DNA of 64,000 bases from Octopus vulgaris (GCA_951406725.2 OX597814.1:119536001-119600000); one strand, 5' to 3'. Counted from the first letter of the stretch, positions 1 through 12,710 are shown. Translations and numbers: made by a program. Notes: generated from the letters alone by a model not told the origin.

Positions 1-484
1 GAAATCAAATAACTTGAGATTAGAATTCAAACAACGTCGAGTATGGGGATAATCGAAGGGTCATTGATTTCACAATAAAGATCTACCCTGATAACTATTT
101 CTTCTTCACTATATATGTAAACAGTATATACATGTAAAGAGTATATCCATAGCCAATGAGAAGTAGATTGTTATATCTTTCATGTCATCCATAGGTTTAG
201 ATTTCGAAAATAATGCAAAATAACAGAAAATTAAATACAAGCACGTATACTCATGCATCTACAAATTGAAAACCCATTAATTAATTATCACTTTCAATAG
301 ACACAAATACTATACGCACTACAGTATTACTATTCTGACTCAGACACCACACTTTCACGTTACATAAATATTAATATGTTAATAAATGTTAATATTTCAC
401 ATCAGATACATTCTAGTTTCTGAGTTTCCGAAAGCGTCATCTTTTGTCGTCTTCCTTTTCTCTCGGACTTTCCTCTGTTTCTTG

Positions 485-517
485 TTTCTGACGAAAAGCT
501 TTGCTCGAAACGTGAAA
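485..517 (+). ncRNA. Degenerate minimal hammerhead motif in a short PLE-terminal-repeat-like element (~420-625)
   Basis: ttt-CTGACGA-aaagc ttt gctc-GAAA-cg-TG-aaa. Core and stem II are recognisable, but position 17 is G (not H). Resembles the motif at 12299. Confidence 0.45.
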
Positions 518-1575
518 GTACCTTTCTTTCTTTCCTTGAGCATCTGCTAATATTTGCATGTATTATATCCTCGCGTTGTTGTTTTTTTTTTTCTCGTCGT
601 GTTTTTTCCTCGTTTTCATTTACTAATATGTATGTATGTAAATGCCATAATTAGAGAGATTGAGTCATGGAGAGATGGCGATACCGATAGACTGACTGAA
701 ATGTATAATTGTGTTTTGGTTTTCTATGAGAGTACACTGCGTGGTTTTTTACGCTTCAAATCTATGGACATTGCCGATTCTGGTGGCAAGGTGGCATGAA
801 CATTTATGTAATAAAATCTTCCACGATTTCTCTAAAATGTTACCATTATGGATGCAGTTACCACACACATACACAAATACACACACATAAACGCGTGCGC
901 ACTCATACAAACACAATCATACACACCCATCCACTCACACACACGTGTTTGTAAGGACACATTTTACACATATGAGTAGAAAAATTCATGGATACTACTT
1001 TAATAATTTTAGATGAATATATCGCTTTCTAACATGACGATAAGGTATAATTTTATATTTAGACAACCAATAAACGTAATATTCTTTCACTAACACTCAT
1101 GATAGCGAGCGTATGACCCCTTTTCATTTTAACAACTGAGTAATGTAATAACGCCATTTAAAATCTGCTATTCAGCAAATGTGACAGACTGCTAGAGTGC
1201 AAGACCCTATCCTTGTCATAATTCAAAATCTGCCTTCGTTCACGTCATCTGAACTAGGTAGAGTGTCTCAAAAAGAAATCAATACATCTCCTATGATACA
1301 TAAGCAGTATAGGTCTGATGAAGTAGTATCAATTACATGAACGTAGATTTCATTCTCTGCCGTAGTTCTCATTGCATAATAAGGAAAGATTATGTGGTTC
1401 TTTTATTGATTAGAATGGAGATTTTAAAAGAAAGACACGCCAAACAATAAAATCCTTTCTAGACCAGATTTTGTACTTATGCCATACTGTAATATACAAG
1501 ATTAGATTTTTCTTCTGACACTGAAAAAAAATGGGAAGATTAAAGTAAACCTATTTGATTCAGAGATGGATTTAT

Positions 1576-1622
<47 letters not shown>

Positions 1623-1661
1623 TGCATGTGTATCTATGCATTTCTGAAATTATTTATATGA

Positions 1662-1702
<41 letters not shown>

Positions 1703-1740
1703 TGCACATAAACATACGTGTATGTATGTATATATGTATA

Positions 1741-2030
1741 CTCTTTACTCTTTTGTTTCAGTAGTTTGACTGTGGCCATGCTGGAGCACCACATTTAGTC
1801 GAGCAAATCTCCCCATGACTTATTCTTTGTAGGCCTAGTGATTATTCTATCGGTCTCTTTTGCCAAACCGCTAGCTTACGTAGACGTAAACAAACCAGCA
1901 TCGGTTGTCAAGCGACGTTGGGAAGACACACAAACATATACATATATATGACGGACTTCTTTCAGTTTCCGTCTACCAAATCCACTCACAAGGCTTTGGT
2001 CGGCCCGAGGCTATAGTACAAGACACTTGC

Positions 2031-2033
<3 letters not shown>
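1741..2033 (-). mobile_element. SINE family A (octopus tRNA-derived CORE-type SINE), copy lacking its head
   Basis: Colinear with 43264-43657 (gtttcagt..ttgactg.ggccatgctggagcacc...ccactcacaaggctttggtcggcccgaggctata); ends at a (TA)n tract. Confidence 0.85.
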
Positions 2034-2088
<55 letters not shown>

Positions 2089-2090
<2 letters not shown>

Positions 2091-2265
2091 ACCAAATGAG
2101 ATAACAATTCCAAAGCTGTGAGAAGTTTGCAGGACATTTATGATGAAATAGTCTTACGGCTGTTTCTGGGATATTATGGATATCCCAGAAACAGCTGTAA
2201 GACTATTTCATTATGAATTTTCTGAAAACTCCTCCCGGTCTTGGATTTGTTGTCTCATTCCGTCT
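2089..2265. mobile_element. ~175-bp palindromic PLE terminal remnant between (TA)n tracts
   Basis: Arms ~86 bp, centre gggatat-tatgg-atatccc. Contains the HHR 3' half GAAA-cagctg-TA-agac (2188-2203). Tail resembles 52205-52243. Confidence 0.7.
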
Positions 2266-2266
2266 A

Positions 2267-2336
<70 letters not shown>

Positions 2337-2408
2337 GCACATACATGTGCGCATGTGCATATGTATTTTTATGTATGTGTATATATTTTCACGTGTATAC
2401 GTATATGC

Positions 2409-2439
<31 letters not shown>

Positions 2440-2509
2440 AATACCTATATATACATACATTCTTGTGTGTGGTGATGGTGTGGGAGGATGCGTGCGTGTA
2501 TACGTGAAC

Positions 2510-2639
2510 ACTGTCTACCAATGTTGGTGTGTTTACATCCCCGTAACTTAGCCACTCTGCAAAAGAGATCGATAGCATAAGTACGAGGCTTATACAGAAT
2601 AAGTCCTGGGGTCGATTTGTATGACTAAAGGCGGTGCTT
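2510..2639 (+). mobile_element. SINE family A fragment
   Basis: Reverse complement of the family A body (gtgtttacatccccgtaacttag...aataagtcctggggtcgatttg..gactaaaggcggtgct). Confidence 0.75.
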
Positions 2640-3719
2640 ATTTATATTTTTAGTGTGTGATGGAGGTTATCTACCCTTATCGTCGCAGTATGAATGATTG
2701 AAAGCATAGTTAATGTTTTGCTACAAAACCTCAGCAGTCTATTGAATTGACTCTCAACTTACTTTCCAGTCTTTGTTTCTGCATCATTCTACCACCTCTA
2801 GTATTTAATAATAATTTTATCACAAGCCTCCATTTCGGGTTCCTGACTGTGCATAATCGGTTCCCACATGATCATCTGTTTAGGCATGCGTGAAGATAAT
2901 TATAGGCGGTGTTTCTTTTGTATGAGTTACTCCGGAAATTGTCCCTGCTCGACAAATTCCGCTTTTAGTTGCAGGCTGTGGCTGTAAAAAGGAGGCCCAA
3001 ATGCTGATGTTTTAATTGAATAGATTTTTCTCTAGTTTCGAGAAATGTGACTGTTTCCTTCCTAGGTTGCCACTGGCTGGAGTTAAACTTGTTGTTATTA
3101 CTTTTTCAAAAACAATTTCAGCGCCTAGTTATGTCACTAGCAGTAGTGGCCATCATCGAAAACTCTTGTCAGATGCTAATCTATTTCAGTATACAAGCAA
3201 AGGAATGTGAATCAATCTTGCCCTATGTGTAAAGGTAAATCACAATTGGTAAAATGACAGATGATTTGGATTTGAAATATTATGCGTTGGAAGTAAAATG
3301 ATCCTATCAAATTATGTTTTGCTGCAATACCTTAATACCTCTATATTTGGGTTCCCTGTTGGCTGTGTTCCTTCATCCTAGTGGTTGAGATATCGCCATT
3401 TTCATATGGCGGTACCAACCATGCATTATAGAAAGTAACTGATGTTTAACATCTTATAGCTACAATTCCAACAGTGTTCCTCTGCCTCAAATGTTTCTCC
3501 GCCACTTATAGTACTCTAGAAGCAATCTAGTTCTATCCTGTGCTAACTTCCAAAATTTCGGAAAATCAATGCCAGCTTCCAATATTTTGGCACATCTTTC
3601 ATATTTTGCGTTTTGAAAAAAAAAATCAAAATTTTCCCTTTGTTTTCATAACTTCGAAGCGAAATAAATTGTTATTAATGGAGAAACAATTACTTCCATT
3701 AGAATGATTTACAAAAGTT

Positions 3720-4137
3720 AAGGCGGCGAGCTGGCAGAAACGTTAACACGTCGAGCGAAATGCGTAGCCGTATTTCGTCTGCCGTTACGTTCTGAGTTCA
3801 AATTCCGCCGAGGTCGACTTTGCCTTTCATCCTTTCGGTGTCGATAAATTAAGTACCAGTAACGCACTGGGGTAGATAAAATCGACTTAATCCGTTTGTC
3901 TTTCCTTGTTTGTCCTCTGTGTTTAGCCCCTTGTGGCTAGTAAAGAAATAGGTATTTCGTCTGCCACTACGTTCTGAGTTCAAATTCTGCCGAGGTCGAC
4001 TTCGCCTTTCATCCTTTCGGGGTCCATTAAAAAAGTAACAGTTACGCTCCGGGGTCAATATAATTGACTTAGTCCCTTTGTGTATCCTTGTTTGTCCCCT
4101 CTATGTTTAACCTCTTTGTGGGTAATGAAGAAATAAG
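3720..4137 (+). mobile_element. SINE family B (Nin/Deu-domain-like), full copy plus tandem partial copy
   Basis: Head aggcggcgagctggcaga...gagttcaaattccgcc (A/B-box-like), body gaggtcgactttgcctttcatcctttcgg.gtcgataaattaagtaccag; repeated from ~3951. Confidence 0.85.
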
Positions 4138-4502
4138 AATGATTTGCAATAGTTTTAGCTGTATATTTTGGGAACTATGAGCATATAAAGATTGTGGCAT
4201 GCAAAAATATTATCATCATAGTTATGAAAAAATCTCATTTTATTCTTTCCTTCTAAGAACTCACATGTATTTTCACTAATTTGTGTACATTGAGTGATAA
4301 ATCTTTTCAGTTGTCATAGGCCAATATATTTGTTTGCTTTCTTCACCAAATTCATGCTACTCTAAATAAAGGCCATGAATTTTAGCGTAAATATATTTCG
4401 TTATAAGTATTTCGCTTTTTCTTTATTTGAATACAATTTTTAGTTTCCTCTTTCTTCTAGTCTATTATAGATCTTCCTCTAATTTAGTTGAAAGAAAATT
4501 AG

Positions 4503-6343
4503 ATTTATTTTCCTTTTCAGTGAGTTCCTACACATACAATTTATCGTTTTGTTCTAAAAATTATGGAAATGCCTGCATGAAAATTTCTCTGTGTTACTCT
4601 TTGTAACTTTTCGACGTTGTGTTTATTAAATTTCATATTCTTAATTAAATTTTCATGCTTTTCATCGTTTATTCTATGCTGTATGTGGACATAGGAAAAC
4701 ATCAACAGCAGTGATTGCAGATATATGATAGCGGAAACTCCATTTGTTGTCTTACGTGTGAATCATTTGACAATTGTGTTATAATGAGTGTTGTGTTAGG
4801 AATTCTAATTTTAGAATTATCAGTTCTTTATAAAAAAAGTTACAAACACTTCGGTCTGTTGTTTAAGACTGGTCATAAACCTTATTAGTTAATCGTATTT
4901 TCAAGTTGGATCCCCAACCAAATAATACTTACACGACTAAATTACGTTGAAGTGTTTGTAATTTACATAAGCATGCTTAAGGGACCCTACATCCCTTTAA
5001 ACGCCATCGATGCATTTAATTCTCACATTTTTATCCAAACATAAACTTCTTTTCGCTTCAGAATACCATCTAAGACCTGTGCCCAGCAGATCCAAAAGTG
5101 AATTACACTTCGCTAGATGTAATTACGACTAAGATCTACATAATTTGCGATTAGTCGGACAACGCTGCATGTTTCAATTACCGCTGTATGTGACTGAATG
5201 TAATCTCTGATTAACTTATCTTTGCGATTTCCATGAAGTGTCATGTGACGAAAGATATCCGCATTATTAACAAAAATAATAAATGAATACATATATGTAT
5301 ATGGAATAAAGAAGTAGCGATGTATATGCTTGACTTAATCGAAAAATCAGTCTCCAGCTTCATTCTCTCACAAGTGGCATTCTTTAAAAAGGACATCAGA
5401 GACACACACTCTATATATAACAGAGAGATCGAGGATGGAATTTTATGTCCATAGATATACTGGATCAGAGCTGACCAGGAAATAAACAAGAAAAACAACC
5501 ACTGCATCTACATTTACACATATATTTTCTGACATCTATTCGAATGTTAACAAATTTCAGCCATCAATCTGTTATACATATTTAGTGAGTTCAAGCTTGG
5601 TTAAATTGTTGTTTCTTAGTTTAGAAAATTTTAGTAATATCATTCACAGGCAATATATGCCTTCAACAGAGGTAACTCGATTTGCAAAGTCTAGCAGACA
5701 TTTATCCAAACCTACTGCCCCTAAGAAGGAATTTAAACATTACACAATTTAACTTTTAGCATAGAAAATAAGAATATCTTTAATGATAGATACGAGTACA
5801 GTTGTTCTAGGGACACAAAAAACATTTTTTAAAAACCAGAGTGCTTGAATTAATACAGCAGCTGCAACATACAAGCCCGGCACATTTTAGCCAACGCAAC
5901 GTTCTCGTTGCTTTTCGTAGAATACCTAGTAACATTTCCAGCATTTTGATATCCTAATTAAATGCTTGTGTTATATTCTCTAAATATTTGATATGCCCAA
6001 GTTGAAATGGATCGCAGGAAAACTTTCAAGTTAACGGAACGTCAAAAGGCGATGCAAATCTAGATGCTTACGTATACGGAAAAGTGTTGCAATCTACTCT
6101 GAGAATGTCAGGTACTTCCATTTTAATTCATTAATTGAATTTTCGGATGAAACCAGATCAAAATAGCATGCGAAAGTGGAATGGAGAAGTACACAATTAG
6201 ATGACACGTTTATTTTTAGCAAGTTTATAAAAGCAAATAGGGGTCTAAATCATAATTTAAATTCACCAAATTATACCAAAATGCGTATTGATGTCAGTAT
6301 ATTAATCTGCAAGTATTACATGGAGAGGTTCTCAATTAAGTTA
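4503..6343 (+). repeat. Left arm of inverted duplication (4503-4713 and 5882-6343 match 7791-8494)
   Basis: e.g. gttctcgttgcttttcgtagaatacctagtaacatttccagcatttt is present as reverse complement at ~8217-8263. Confidence 0.9.
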
Positions 6344-6489
6344 TATATATATATATATATATATAGATAAGAAAGTTTGTTTGGTAAAGCACGTGGGTGA
6401 ATATATAAGAAAATAGTAAAGTGTGAAAAAACGACAGAAGGCTTAAATGTTAAAAAATATATATATTTGTGTCAAAATGTCTGGAGAAT

Positions 6490-6847
6490 TAAAGAGGGAC
6501 AGAAATTCAAGATCAAATCTAACTTTACTTGTGCCTCTGAAAACATAATTTATGTCATTAAATGCTCGGGCTGCCACCAAGACTACGTGGGTTCCACGGG
6601 ACTATCACTCAGGCGTAGATGCACACTGCATCGACAACAGATTGCATTCCCAGAATATAGAATGATACCTTTTAGTGAGCACATTGAGAAATGCGCACAG
6701 CAACTACTACCACAATTTTTAATCTTCCCATTTTACCAATGTGCTTTCGGATCATCAACACAAATGAGACTGAACAAGGAAACATTCTTCATTGAAAAGT
6801 ACAAACCCAGACTCAACCATCCGAACATACTGACACAGAGAAATTAA
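6490..6847 (+). pseudogene. C-terminal GIY-YIG endonuclease domain of a PLE ORF (5'-truncated, frame open)
   Basis: FTCASENIIYVIKCSGCHQDYVGSTGLSLRRRCTLH...KETFFIEKYKPRLN. The ORF-track start at 6467 lies in the inverted piece and is not a real start. Confidence 0.9.
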
Positions 6848-6912
6848 TAAGGGAAAGGGAAAAACCATCCGAACATACTGACACAGAGAAATGAACAAGG
6901 GAAAAGGAAAAA
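6815..6912 (+). repeat. 48-bp tandem duplication across the PLE stop codon
   Basis: aaccatccgaacatactgacacagagaaat...aagggaaa x2. Confidence 0.85.
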
Positions 6913-7030
6913 TAAATTTAAGCGATTATCTCCCTTACACCGGAAGAAATCACTCACTACCTCCCCTTATTTAGAAATCTCCTGAAAATAAATACAACGA
7001 TAACTCCATGCAATATAAACATAACGTCAC

Positions 7031-7070
7031 AAGAAATTTGAAAAGCTACACGCGAAACCGGTAATTTCTT
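7031..7070 (+). ncRNA. Minimal type I hammerhead ribozyme, U3-A8 core variant
   Basis: aagaaat-TTGAAAA-gc tacac gc-GAAA-ccgg-TA-atttctt: 7-bp stem I, palindromic stem III, GUA site, located in the PLE 3' repeat. Confidence 0.7.
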
Positions 7071-7202
7071 TAAAAATTTTAAAATTATGTCATTTTAAGG
7101 AAAGGAAAAAAATTTTTCCAATATTCTCCAGACATTTTGACACAAATATATATATTTTTTAACATTTAAGCCTTCTGTCGTTTTTTCACACTTTACTATT
7201 TT

Positions 7203-7236
<34 letters not shown>

Positions 7237-7630
7237 CACACTCACACATATATATGTGTGTGTGTGTGTGTGAAAGAATGTTTGAAAATGCAATTTTAAA
7301 GCTATTTATTTACTTGATCGGTTTCACCTTTTTAGGAAAAGATAGTGAAAAGTAAAATGTAAAGCTTTCTATAAGCTTTATTGTGTTAAGTACTGGTTGC
7401 CACAAAAGTATTAAAATACATATATGCATTCTCTGATGATAATAAGAAAATGATACAAACAGTTTACAAGTAAGTATTTAAGAAAATATTCAACAAAAAA
7501 GTATTATGAGTTCAATATACTCCTGTTTTTTTTTTTGGTAGTATCTATATAAACAGGCGATACGTTTCAGAATTTACAAAGAATTGGAGAGAAACCAACT
7601 TGTCTTTTTGGCATACACACACACACACAT

Positions 7631-7673
<43 letters not shown>

Positions 7674-7729
7674 CACATACATACGTACGTACGTACGTAG
7701 GTACATACATACATACATACATACATACA

Positions 7730-7762
<33 letters not shown>

Positions 7763-7790
7763 GTGTATGCATATGTGTGTATGCTTTTTC

Positions 7791-8494
7791 TAACTTAATT
7801 GAGAACCTCTCCTTGGCCTGTTTGCCGATGAATATACTGACATCCGTATGCAGCTTACTATGATTTTGCCTTCGGAATTATGGGTTCATTTGCCAGTCGC
7901 TTTCCAATTTAAATTATGATTTAGACCCCTATTTGCTTTTATAAACTTGCTAAAATAGACGTGTCATATAATTGTGTACTTCTCCATTCCACTTTTGCAT
8001 GCTATTTTGATCTGGTTTCATCTGAGAACTCAATTAATGAAAATGGAAATACCTGAAATTCTCAGAGTAGATTGAAACACTTTTCCGTATACGGAAGCAT
8101 CTAGATTGACATTGCCTTTTGACGTTCAGTTAACTTGAAAGTTTTCCTGCGATCCATTTCATCACGGGCATAGCAAATATTTAGAGAATATAACACAAAT
8201 ATTTAATTAGGATCTCAAAATGCTGGAAATGTTACTAGGTATTCTACGAAAAGCAACGAGAACATTGCATTGGCTAAAATGTCCACTGCTGTTGATGTTT
8301 TCTTATGTCCCCATAGTGCATAGAAGAAGCGATGAAAAACATGAGAATGTAATTAACAATATGAAATTTGATAAATAGAAAGACGAAAAGTTACAAAGAG
8401 TAAAACCGAGAAATTTTCATGCAGGCAATACCATAATTTTTAGAACAAAATAATAAATTGTAAGTGTAGGTACTCAGGGTAAACAAAAATAAAT
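7791..8494 (-). repeat. Right arm of inverted duplication (lacks ~1.17 kb relative to the left arm)
   Basis: 7791-8282 matches 5882-6343 inverted; 8284-8494 matches 4503-4713 inverted. Confidence 0.9.
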
Positions 8495-8732
8495 GGGTGT
8501 GTTTGTGGAGTTGTTTGCTAACTCCACCTACATCGTTTTATCGATTATGAGGAAACTTGACACGTGAGTAGAACTCAGGTCTGGAAACCTTATGATATAC
8601 TCAGATTGTTGGAAAAAAATCGACAATAGGTCCCCTGGAATGGCTCCCTTTATATATCTGATATATTTTATTTAAAAATCATTTTTTGATAAAGGATCAT
8701 TCAAAATTCTGACTGTCCCCTTTCTCTCTCTG

Positions 8733-8877
<145 letters not shown>

Positions 8878-9072
8878 TAATAATAAATATTAGGGAATAA
8901 ATCCAAACTTACAGGGAAAAATCAGATTTAGGATTGAATCCAATTTTATAGTAAAATATTATATTATATTAAATTAGAGACAAAACCACTATTATGCAAA
9001 TCAAACAAAGAAAGACTTAATCCAATACATAAATTAATTTATATTATTTAGAAACTTAACAATTGTTAATAT

Positions 9073-9136
9073 CCACTACGATCGTTTCATGTCTTCCTTT
9101 CATCACATCTTTGAGTAGTAGACATTCTTCAGGTGG
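9073..9136 (-). ncRNA. Type I hammerhead ribozyme (mirror copy)
   Basis: Reverse complement: ccac-CTGAAGA-atgtct...agacat-GAAA-cgatcg-TA-gtgg. Confidence 0.8.
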
Positions 9137-9195
9137 TTTCAAATATTCTTGGCGAGTTTAAGTTCATAGTTTAAACTCACCAAGAATATTTGAAA

Positions 9196-9259
9196 CCACC
9201 TGAAGAATGTCTACTACTCAAAGATGTGATGAAAAGAAGACATGAAACGATCGTAGTGG
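9196..9259 (+). ncRNA. Type I hammerhead ribozyme
   Basis: ccac-CTGAAGA-atgtct(loop)agacat-GAAA-cgatcg-TA-gtgg. All core bases and three stems are present; predicted cut after A9255. Confidence 0.8.
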
Positions 9260-9358
9260 ATATTAATAATTGTTAAATTTCTAAATAATATAAATTAATT
9301 TATGTATTGGATTAAGTCTTTCTTTGTTTGATTTGCATAATAGTGGTTTTGTCTCTAA

Positions 9359-9396
<38 letters not shown>

Positions 9397-10297
9397 GTGT
9401 GTGTATGTATGTGTGTGTGTGTGTATTATTTATATGGTTCTTCACTGATTATTTGTCACGATTCTTTACCGAACTCCAAATTAATTTGTTGAGGATACCA
9501 CAATAATACATATTTCCGGTATCTTTGCAAACTAGTGTCTGTTAGTGTATATGTGTTTGTACAAACTAGCATATTATCATATACTGATTCATACGATAAA
9601 ATATTTACACTTACACACACGCGAAATATAAAGATACACATGCAAGCCCACTAATAATCCTGATAATTCTATCCATCCAGACAGAAAACACAGACACACA
9701 TATTAACACACGCCCACACACATACTTATATAAATATGGTTGTGTATGCATGCGTGTGTATACGTGTGTGTAAGTGTTACATTTGGCATTTAATTACTAA
9801 TTAATTTGAGAAAGTCATCATTAATGAATGAAGAAATGTTTAAACTCTTGTAGATGTAGGTCTCTAGCATTCGGTGAGAGACACACACGAGTTCATATTT
9901 ATCTTTAAAATTATCCTGCTAATTATCATGAACATTTCTCCATTCTTCTTTATCAGTTCCCAACATTTAAAATTTCAAGATGTCGTACATAGTGAGCTAT
10001 ACACAGAGAGAACCTAGTAAAATGAGAAAATGTGATTTTCTTGATATTGTTAGCAATAAATTAGCATCACCTGATAAAAGAGCATTTCCTTGGCAACAAT
10101 AAATCTAATGATTGGTAATATGAGTGTATTGTGTTACTGATGTCTACATCTACCTACACAATTAACTTAAATGATTTTTTTATAGACACAAATAGCTAGA
10201 ATGCTTATAGGTAAAGCGGGAGATACTATTTGGACATTTCTCTTGTCAGAGTGGTAGGAAAATCAGTTTATGCAATACATTTAACTGAAAATGCTAG

Positions 10298-10793
10298 CGG
10301 AATTCTGGTTTAAGCACCCTATATAACCCATTATAACTTTGCTATCTTTTGGAATTTGCAGAAGGTTGATTCGAATTTATGTTCTACTCACAGAAGTTAA
10401 TATGATTATGCAAAACCCAACGAAACAGAATTTGTGTGTGATTTAAGGGCTATTTAAATGACCACCTGATAGCCTCCTCGTTTGTTTGTCACTAAGGCGT
10501 ATTGATATTATTCAATATCTTTTACACCATAAATACATTTAATGATCTATTATTGGGATTTACAGAAAATATTCGTACGATCTGCATTTTAAACTTTGTC
10601 TTTCTTTTTAAATAAAAAAAAAAAGACGATAAAAAAAATTCGAAAAACAAATTTCTTTTCATAATCGTATGAATTCCCTTTTGTATAACACAAACATGCA
10701 AAATATTCTGAATCAACCGTACCCCACCATAGCCCCTACAATCCACACGAAAAAGTTATGGGGTTTATATAGGGTGATTAAAGCAGAATTCTG
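10298..10793. mobile_element. MITE-like element with ~40-bp inverted repeats
   Basis: aattctggtttaagcaccctatataacccattataacttt vs reverse complement of aaagttatggggtttatatagggtgattaaagcagaatt. Confidence 0.55.
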
Positions 10794-10797
10794 ATAA

Positions 10798-11180
10798 ATA
10801 GAAATCAGCAAAATGTGGAACCTTAAGACTAAAACAATACATGTTGTCATAGGTGCCCTAGGAATGATAGCAAAAGGGGCTGATTGCTACCTAACTCAGA
10901 TACCAGGAAACCCCAAAATGGCAGAAATTCAAAAGGTAGTGCTCATGGGAACTGCTCATATCCTACGCAAAATACTTTCTATGTAATCTCAAGTTTTAAA
11001 ACAAACATAATTTTCGGTTTTTTTTTTTAGACATTCACTAGTACAACACTAAATACAAAACCAAATATATGGCACACTAGGCATAATAATATGAACTTCC
11101 AACCCGCTGTCTCTTGAGGTCTCTGGGTGAGACTTGGAGCCAATTTGTACAAATGTAAAGCAAAAGTTGAACATATAATG

Positions 11181-11247
<67 letters not shown>
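10798..11247 (+). mobile_element. 3' end of an R4/Dong-like non-LTR retrotransposon (end of RLE domain, 3'UTR, (TAA)n tail)
   Basis: 10798-10986 translates IEISKMWNLKTKTIHVVIGALGMIAKG...EIQKVVLMGTAHILRKILSM*; an (ATA)n tract follows the UTR. Confidence 0.8.
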
Positions 11248-11248
<1 letters not shown>

Positions 11249-11257
11249 TATTATTAA

Positions 11258-11293
<36 letters not shown>

Positions 11294-11329
11294 GATAATA
11301 ATAAAAACAACAACATCAGCAACAATAAT

Positions 11330-11418
11330 CCTTTCTACTAGAGGCGGAAGGCCTGAAATTTGGGAGAAGGGGATAATCGATTATATCGACCCCCAGTACT
11401 CGACCCAGCGAGGATGAC
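11330..11418 (-). mobile_element. SINE family B 3' fragment
   Basis: cctttctact...aggcctgaaatttggg...gattatatcgacccccagt, as at 59100. Confidence 0.6.
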
Positions 11419-11423
11419 CGACT

Positions 11424-11910
<487 letters not shown>

Positions 11911-12032
11911 TAGTCTGACTAAGTTAACATCGGCAGAATTTCATCTCACAACATAAATATGGATAAAATGCGCGTGAACATAGCCCACTTTTTAACGATT
12001 ATATGAGCTGAGCATACTACTACTACTACTCA

Positions 12033-12079
<47 letters not shown>

Positions 12080-12095
12080 ATAATAATAATAATAG

Positions 12096-12228
12096 ACAAA
12101 ACCTGAATTTTGTTTTAATTATCGGCCACCAAATGATGAATAGCAACGTTGACCCTCGTGGAATTTGAACTCAGGATTAAATGACGCTAAGTATTTGGCC
12201 CAGCATGCTAACAACTCTTGCAGCTCGC
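12096..12228 (-). mobile_element. Degenerate SINE family B
   Basis: gaccctcgtggaatttgaactcag...gctaac..ctcttgcagctcgc. Confidence 0.55.
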
Positions 12229-12298
12229 TAATAACAACAACATCAACAACGGTAATATATATATTTTTGTATTTTCTCTCCTTGTTTCTTTCTGTATT

Positions 12299-12335
12299 CC
12301 TTTCTGTAGAAGAGCGTAGGCTCGAAACGTTCAAG
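12299..12335 (+). ncRNA. Degenerate or variant minimal hammerhead motif in a short element (~12260-12425)
   Basis: ttt-CTGTAGA-a gagc gtag gctc-GAAA-cg-TT-caag; A6 replaced by U. Confidence 0.45.
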
Positions 12336-12710
12336 ACTTTTTCGCTTCCCGAGCGTTATACTAAAACGTCTGTTTGTTGTCTACACCATATGTCTTCATC
12401 TTCTGTTTTTTTTTCTGAATTCTCTCTATATATGTATAAAATATGTATGATGTATATGTATATGTGTAAAGATAGAAAGGGAGGGAGGGAGAGAGAGAGA
12501 AAGAGAGAGACTGTGACATAAACCTTAATTTATCAATTCATAGGTGTTTGAATAAAAAAATAACATAGAAAAAAGTGTACACGGTAATAATATTATCTGA
12601 CAAAGAAGTGATAAATTCTAAGAATTGTTCGTAAGGGGAAAATGTTAATTTAGTCAAAGAACAGTAAGTCAATTCATTTTAAAATTATATATATATATAT
12701 ATATATTTAA

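Larger units (their letters stand above)
6366..7211 (+). mobile_element. Young 5'-truncated Penelope-like element (Neptune-type) with inverted terminal piece
   Basis: GIY-YIG coding end, 3' repeat with HHR-like motif, 89-bp identical inverted repeats at 6401-6489 / 7123-7211, and flanking (TA)n. Confidence 0.9.

Noticed and set aside
1311-1349. CTGATGA...GAACGTA hammerhead-like motif
   Set aside because: GAAA is incomplete and stem I is unconvincing. Lone cores at 7433, 17257, 27333, 37191, 51553 and 54982 also lack partner elements.
2780-3600. Higher-complexity stretch resembling old coding DNA
   Set aside because: No recognisable motif found in any frame examined
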